Virus record (IMG/VR): IMGVR_UViG_3300036802_000127
Location: 1-37,454 of that record
Length of the DNA: 37,454 nucleotides
Strand: one strand, 5' to 3'
Origin: a virus
Lineage: Duplodnaviria > Caudoviricetes
This document shows positions 35,272 through 37,454 of this stretch, in pieces. Under the pieces are notes generated by a model. That model was given only the letters and a program-made list of their open reading frames with translations, had not been told where the DNA came from and made no database searches. A program made the translations under genes and the position numbers. Position 1 is the first letter of the stretch, and each line of letters opens with the position of its first letter.

Positions 35272-36081
35272 TTATATATATTTAGCGCGGTATTTGAATG
35301 CAATGTTTATATTGAGGTTGGAACCGCCTATTTGTATTGCATTAGCGCCTGGCATAAGTTCTATTTTTTCTAAGTTACCTTTTAGTTGAAATAAAAAATT
35401 CTGTCCATTTTTTATTGCTGCGTATCGTTCTGCATCAATTAAAAATGTTGAATTTGTAAAACTTCCAAAAGAAAAACTCTCGCCGTTAATAGTGAGAGTT
35501 AATGTTGCTGCATTACCTGTAATTTCAATGATTGGTCTAACAACCAAAGAACCTTGGTTGCCTATATTTAATGTTTGTGGGGATGTAACCGTATAAGAAT
35601 TAGCACCAAAATCAAAAGCGATATCCGACATAAACGGAATCTCGTCCTCCCACAAAATATCCTTATCACTTTCTACAATTGAATAAGCATGAGGATCATA
35701 AGCTATCATAGGTAATTCGAACTTCCCCATGCTTAAATACCGCTCGATTGGCATTGAGCCACTGTATCTAGCTAGATAATACTTATCAGGCTCGTAATCA
35801 TAAATTAGTTTTACTTCCTTCGGTCTGCCAAAAGGATCAATAAAGGCAGCCACCATTTTTCTGATAGCTGCCGCTAGTTCAAATCTATTTTCTTGTGGTT
35901 TAACAAGTAAAGGTAAATTAAAAGGCATGGGATCTATATCCGAGCCAAAATAATAAGCACCAGGACGACCAGGAATAGAAACTGTGTAGTCACGGATTGG
36001 CGGAGCGGCTGGATGCTGAAATCCTGGTAAAAGAGCTAATTTAAATTCATTTAGTCTTTTACCGTCTATCGTTAAACTCAT
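35272..36081 (-). CDS. Distal tail protein (Dit)
   Basis: IPGRPGAYY, EPDKYYLA, DPHAYS, LMPGAN; directly after TMP. Confidence 0.88.
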   Translation of the reverse strand: MSLTIDGKRLNEFKLALLPGFQHPAAPPIRDYTVSIPGRPGAYYFGSDIDPMPFNLPLLVKPQENRFELAAAIRKMVAAFIDPFGRPKEVKLIYDYEPDKYYLARYSGSMPIERYLSMGKFELPMIAYDPHAYSIVESDKDILWEDEIPFMSDIAFDFGANSYTVTSPQTLNIGNQGSLVVRPIIEITGNAATLTLTINGESFSFGSFTNSTFLIDAERYAAIKNGQNFLFQLKGNLEKIELMPGANAIQIGGSNLNINIAFKYRAKYI

Positions 36082-37454
36082 AGTTGCCCCACCTTTCTTC
36101 CTGATGTCTTAATATATTTTCCTAACTCTACCGCTAATTTTTGTACATCCGCTTCTTCTCTAATGACAAATGTAGAGCCTCTAAACATGTCAGCAAAGTT
36201 ATATGAATCTGATTTATTTGCATTTGAAGAGGAATTTCCGTCCACATTACTTTGACTAGCATTTCTACTCATTGCTTGTGAGCTGTTAGCCATGCTGCCA
36301 TATACATTGCTCATGACACTTTTTAAGCCAGATAACTCTTTCATAGAACTAGCCATCGAATAACTCATATCGCCAATTAATCGGCTCATAGTACCTGTAA
36401 TACCAAGTGACTTTTCATTTGATGATAATGGTGTAACAGAAACACGATTCCCTCTCTTGGTAAATAACTCTGGTCCAGCTTCTCCGGCAATAAACGATCC
36501 ATCCCCAAGAACATGTCCACCTGTTGCTAACATTGGGATTCTAGGAATATTCGGTTTGCTTCCACCTGCAAATGGTACCCAATCAGGCATTTCTATACTG
36601 TTAATACCCTCTATTAATCCATTAATCATTGAAATAACGGCATTTATTGGCGCTTTGGCAGCCGCTTTAATTCCGTTAAAAACTCCATCAAAAATTTGCA
36701 CAATTCCTTTCCAAGCTTTATCCCAGTCTCCTGAGAAAGCACCAGAAATAAAATCGATAATCCCATTGAAAATAGGTTTTAAAACCGTATCCCACACAAC
36801 TTTTATCCCATCAAATGCATCTGATACAACACTACCAATAGCACTAAATACAAATTTAAAAGCTGGTAAAAGCACATTTTCGATGAATGATGAAATTTTT
36901 GAAAAAACAGGTGATAGTATTTCGTCCCAAACACGTTTGATAATCTCAAAAGCATCTTGAACAATATCTTTTATCAGCGTAAATCCTTTATCAAATACCG
37001 GTTGCAAAGTTTCAGTGATTATGGATACTATTTGATCTATTGTCGGTTTGAAATACTCATTGTATATAGCCATTATTTTGTCGCCGAATAATACCCATAT
37101 AGCAATTAATCCCGCGATTGCCGCAACCACTAAAGTAATCGGACTTGTTAAAACAGCCATAACACCTGCAAAAGTTATAGCTCCTGATGTGGCCAAGAAG
37201 ATTACCGGTGCTAATGCTGCGCAAATACCAACAAGTATACCAAGCACAACTGTTATAGCTGTAATAGCTGCTGCTAACACTGGATGAGCTGAAATAAAAC
37301 CAGCAAATGCAGAAACAACATCCGCTATTACAAGCAACACTGGTTCAAGAGCTTCTTTTAAATCGTTCATCGCTTCTTTCAACTTGACCATAGGCGATGC
37401 GTCCGTTTTACTTATGGATTGTTGTAAATCATCAATGCCTTGTTTTAAATCAGC
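36078..37454 (-). CDS. Tape measure protein, 5'-truncated by window edge
   Basis: Frame open to base 37454; hydrophobic segments, periodic W/F repeats, IPMLATGG...GEAGPE motif. Confidence 0.9.
   Translation of the reverse strand, partial: ADLKQGIDDLQQSISKTDASPMVKLKEAMNDLKEALEPVLLVIADVVSAFAGFISAHPVLAAAITAITVVLGILVGICAALAPVIFLATSGAITFAGVMAVLTSPITLVVAAIAGLIAIWVLFGDKIMAIYNEYFKPTIDQIVSIITETLQPVFDKGFTLIKDIVQDAFEIIKRVWDEILSPVFSKISSFIENVLLPAFKFVFSAIGSVVSDAFDGIKVVWDTVLKPIFNGIIDFISGAFSGDWDKAWKGIVQIFDGVFNGIKAAAKAPINAVISMINGLIEGINSIEMPDWVPFAGGSKPNIPRIPMLATGGHVLGDGSFIAGEAGPELFTKRGNRVSVTPLSSNEKSLGITGTMSRLIGDMSYSMASSMKELSGLKSVMSNVYGSMANSSQAMSRNASQSNVDGNSSSNANKSDSYNFADMFRGSTFVIREEADVQKLAVELGKYIKTSGRKVGQL

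Noticed and set aside
11196-35303. Longer ORF-track starts (11534, 13273, 18834, 21476, 23040, 26042, 35303)
   Set aside because: They overlap neighbouring genes or lack an RBS; downstream starts with good SD spacing (or a leaderless context) were preferred.
556-37287. Opposite-strand or nested shadow ORFs (e.g. 556..789, 3501..3767, 4391..4951, 14848..15219, 24581..24784, 24934..25203, 26654..27019, 36457..36960)
   Set aside because: They overlap well-supported genes, lack an RBS and have no recognisable motifs.
1-37454. CRISPR array, tRNA, DGR/reverse transcriptase, integrase, protelomerase, IS element
   Set aside because: None found: the repeat arrays lack unique spacers, and no ORF shows RT, recombinase or transposase motifs.

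Overview
Near-complete (about 37.5 kb) temperate siphovirus genome of Bacillus cereus-group type. The contig is circularly permuted and breaks inside the tail module: the tail-chaperone frameshift ORF is at the left edge and the 3' part of the tape measure gene at the right edge. No integrase is visible. Instead there is a plasmid-type Rep gene with internal iterons and an antisense-controlled leader, plus a type Ib ParA/RHH partition cassette with hexamer centromere arrays, so it is most likely a phage-plasmid. It carries an HK97-like cos-type head module, a PrimPol/SF3 helicase lytic replication module, a cI/cro switch, a phage sigma factor, an arbitrium (aimR-aimP-aimX) system with a LexA box and candidate AimR operator, an FtsK + replication-relaxation operon beside a 12-bp repeat array, lysis genes and an SGNH-esterase tail protein. 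The most unusual observation is that small promoterless accessory genes (about 9970-11640 and 19970-20270) are each bounded by a conserved 7-6-7 bp inverted-repeat site resembling a tyrosine-recombinase core, with stop codons and RBSs built into it. This looks like an integron-like gene-cassette system whose recombinase is not encoded in the window. A fold-back pair of dif-like sites at about 8766-8824 is also notable. All family calls come from motif recognition by eye; no database searches were run.
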